DNA of 64,000 nucleotides from Elsinoe ampelina (Eukaryota): NCBI GenBank assembly GCA_010093995.1, contig ML992501.1, positions 392,227 to 456,226 of the forward strand, read 5' to 3'. Shown piece by piece: positions 60,901 to 64,000 of this stretch (position 1 is its first letter; each line of letters starts with the position of its first letter). The notes under the pieces were generated by a model. It saw only the letters and a program-made list of their open reading frames with translations, ran no database searches and was not told where the DNA came from. The position numbers and the translations under genes were made by a program.

Positions 60901-61329
60901 ATACCCTATAATATTTGTTAGTAGTAAACTAACTTATTTACTTTTAGTTCTAGCATCGACCTAATATTAGTAATTATTATATATTACTATTAGCATATAC
61001 GAAACATAGACTTAGTTAACCTAGTTTACTTTTAGGTTAAGGCCCGAACTAGATCTTAGTTATAAGTATACTACTTACTTTAGTATACTATCTTAAATAC
61101 AAATTTTATTATATTTAAGAAGTTACTACCTACTTTCCGTATAGCATTTTAATATTATACTAGGTAGTAGGTATTTATAATTACTACTATTTGCTCTATA
61201 GTGCTTAACTTACTACGCTTAGTTCCTAGCTATATAATCTTAACCCCTCTAATCTTACCTACCTTATATAACGCCTTTACTAGTAGATATTCTTATACTT
61301 ATTAAATATATATAATAGTACTATACTAC

Positions 61330-62570
61330 TAAAGACAAAGAAGCTAAAGGTCGCTACTAAACCTATAGAAAAGATTCTAGTTAATAACCTTATACTAGCT
61401 CTTATTAAGAATATACTTTGCAATAATAATATTAGTAAGAAATCTATCTAATTCTTCTTTAATTAGGATAACTAGTAATACTCTACTACGTTTATAAGGA
61501 TAAAGAAAATAATCTTAAAAGTCTTTATAGAATCTAATATTAAAATTAAGAAATAAGATAGAAGCAAGTTACGTAATTCTAAGGTGCTTAAAGCATATCT
61601 TAAAATTAAAACTAGGCTACTAAATAGCATGCCTAACAATTTCTAGCTCTTTATCGACTAACTAGATCGGAAAGATCTAGACTAGTTTAAGAAGAACTTA
61701 CGGACTATAGTTAATATTAATAAGATAAAAGCTATATAGCAATTATTCCGAAATACTATATAATTAATAAGGGTAAATCTCCTGTCGGTTAAAAGGGAAA
61801 GAATAACGTTACTAAGCGAAGGAGGCACCTAGAGTCTATATCCTTTAGCTACCTTGTCTATATAGACACTAACGCTCTTCTAAGTAAGAACACTATTCTT
61901 AGAGAGATATATAACTTGTGTAAAGATAGGCGATAAGAGATTAGATTTATATATATAGCCTTATTATAGGATATTTAGCTTTAACTAGGGGCTAGCGTCT
62001 AATCGTGTCTAGATCGATATTAAATTTGCTATAATCTAGATTATAAAGGTTATTAAAGTAGATACTATTCTATATCTAACATTAAGAAAGAATATCTATA
62101 TCTACGACTTAAGAAAGCCTAGTACTAGCAAGGACAAGAATTATTATATTAATTACTACATTAGTAAGCTTAGGTAGATCCTTAACATTAGAGGTAATTA
62201 CCTCTAACTCTACTAGCTTGACGTATATAACTCTATATAAGTCTTTACTATTAAAGACTCTTTTAATCTAGACGCTACTATTACTAAGCATGTTATAACT
62301 CTTATCTCTAGTGCCTATAAGATCTTTCTCTATCTTACTCCTTCTATAGTATCTATTAAAGATCTTCTTAACTTTATATAAAGTAAGTTTACCTCTTTCT
62401 TATTTATCTATATATACTAATACTTATAGACAACTCTTATTAATATTATAGTAGCTAGTAACTATTTTCTATAGCCGAGGCTACTATAGAAGAGGACTTA
62501 GAAGTGTTTCTTACTCCTAAGAAGCTTCGCTTTATAGACATTAATACTAATAAGAAGTATAAAGGAGATT
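61330..62570 (+). pseudogene. RIPed remnant of an unidentified gene with a possible spliceosomal intron at 62383..62429
   Basis: About 350 codons in one frame, interrupted only by TAA/TAG, followed by GTAAGT...TACTAAT...TAG (47 nt). No family recognised, and the frame after the intron is uncertain. Confidence 0.4.
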
Positions 62571-64000
62571 AGTAGAAAGAGAATATTATAATATAGAACA
62601 TTTAATACCTATAATAGCGACTAAACTACTAAAGGCAAGAGTAGTAATACTACTATATTTTATTTACTATTATATTATTTATAAAACTATTTAGTTCTTA
62701 ACTAATAAAGTTTTATTTAGCTTATTCTACCTTTAAGAGGCTATAGCCTCTATAAATCCTACGATTTCTATTATTATTATTAGAAGTAAACTTGCTTAAT
62801 AGTCCTATAACTATAGCTAGACGGATTTTAACTAACCTAGCGACTTAGTTTAGAGTATAGTTTTACTTTATATAGTTTTAGGAGAATGTAGCTCCTTCTC
62901 TCCTACTAGAAGAACATAGCCTATTTAGACTATAGTATATACTACCGAGGCGCTATCTATATTTCTACTACTTTAATAGCTTAAAGAATATTATATAAGC
63001 TACTATACACCTAAGGCTAGCTATCTATCTAGATAAATATAATCTCTCGGAGCTCTCTAATATCTCTCCTAAGTTCTACTTTATTACTAGTAACTTTCTA
63101 TAGCTTACCTAGCACGCTATAATATATTAGAGCAAAGAGAGTAAGTCTAAGAAAATAACAACTTACTTCTACTAATATAAGATTAATATCGGCATTAAAA
63201 AAGTAATATATTCTTAATATTATTAACAATAGAAACAAAGTAATACTACTATAGATATAATAGACTAGGGCGTTTAATAATAAGTAAAATAAGTTAGTAG
63301 AATAGAATCTTATTCCCTATTATAGTAGAAGTAATAGTATAAGTTTTAGTTCTATACTAAACTTAGAGTTAACTAAATTAAATAAGAATAGTATAGTACT
63401 ATAAAGAAGCGTATAGGCATTACTACTAATATAGTTATTTGGCTTTACTCTTATATACTAGCGAGGTTTATACGTAGTATACTTAGAAGTTAATAAAGAA
63501 TTCCTACTAACTATTATTAGTTCTAGCTACTACCTCCTAATAAATAGTAGAGACGCTTTAGGTTAGGTTACGCCTCCTAACTAAGTATAAACTTAAGTTA
63601 GTTTAGTTAGTCTAAAACTAGAGACAAACTTATTTTATATTAGGGTAGATAAGTCCTTTAAGGGAATACTATAACGCCTAGCTATCTTATACCCCTCCTT
63701 GTTAAGTAATTACTACTCGGCATTAGCATAGCTCTACTAACTATATATATAGGTTTAGTATTAAGCTTAATATTTAATATAAGGTTAATTACACTAAGAG
63801 AAAGGAATTAGATATCTACTACTTAACGAAGGTAGCTTTAATATAGTAGAGCTAGTCTCTATCTATAGGCAGTAAAGACGTATCTATTATAAAGAATAAG
63901 AGAGGATAAACTAGACACAATTTAACTCGATATTACTATATAATATAATAAGAGATAGCTCTCTACCTATATAAAGGTAATATAAGAATAGTTAAAGCCT

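Larger units (their letters stand above)
37100..64000. other. AT-rich, RIP-mutated repeat compartment
   Basis: Abrupt excess of TpA and near absence of CpA/TpG. Only one ORF of 60 aa or more in 27 kb. Retroelement motifs carry TAG/TAA for Trp/Gln and TAT/TAC for Cys/His. Confidence 0.97.

Noticed and set aside
37100..64000. Calling the AT-rich block a centromere or subtelomere
   Set aside because: There are no telomeric arrays, and RIPed TE islands also occur on chromosome arms. This cannot be decided without chromosome context or CenH3 data.

Overview
Eukaryotic DNA from a filamentous ascomycete. It has short GT-AG introns with CTRAC/CTAAT branch points and heavy RIP; Dothideomycete-like is an inference only. 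The window has two compartments. (1) 1 to ~37,050 is GC-balanced and gene-dense: CYP505 (5'-truncated), a divergent pair of paralogous secreted-protein genes, BCKDH E1-alpha, MAK5, TRM7, two orphan ORFs, a TBC Rab-GAP, an ochratoxinase-like amidohydrolase, COQ5, a YANK/STK32-like kinase, UBC8, a phytochrome and NAD(P) transhydrogenase. (2) ~37,100-64,000 is an AT-rich, RIP-destroyed block. It holds a three-layer nest of LTR retrotransposons (a chromoviral Ty3/gypsy inside a second one, inside a Ty1/copia; both gypsy elements have matched LTRs and 5-bp TSDs), followed by ~9 kb of RIPed gene-like sequence of unknown origin. Best leads: (a) the 266-aa secreted protein at 4363-5163 has motif-level resemblance, by recall, to the yeast K1 killer preprotoxin, and lies head-to-head with a truncated alpha-only paralog (candidate toxin/immunity pair or decaying duplicate); (b) seven ~1-kb domains switch from C/A-rich to G/T-rich regardless of gene strand; (c) a RIP-killed antisense Zn2Cys6-like/coiled-coil ORF lies in the outer gypsy element; (d) the phytochrome's only intron lacks its AG acceptor. 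All homology calls come from reading the sequence; no searches were run.
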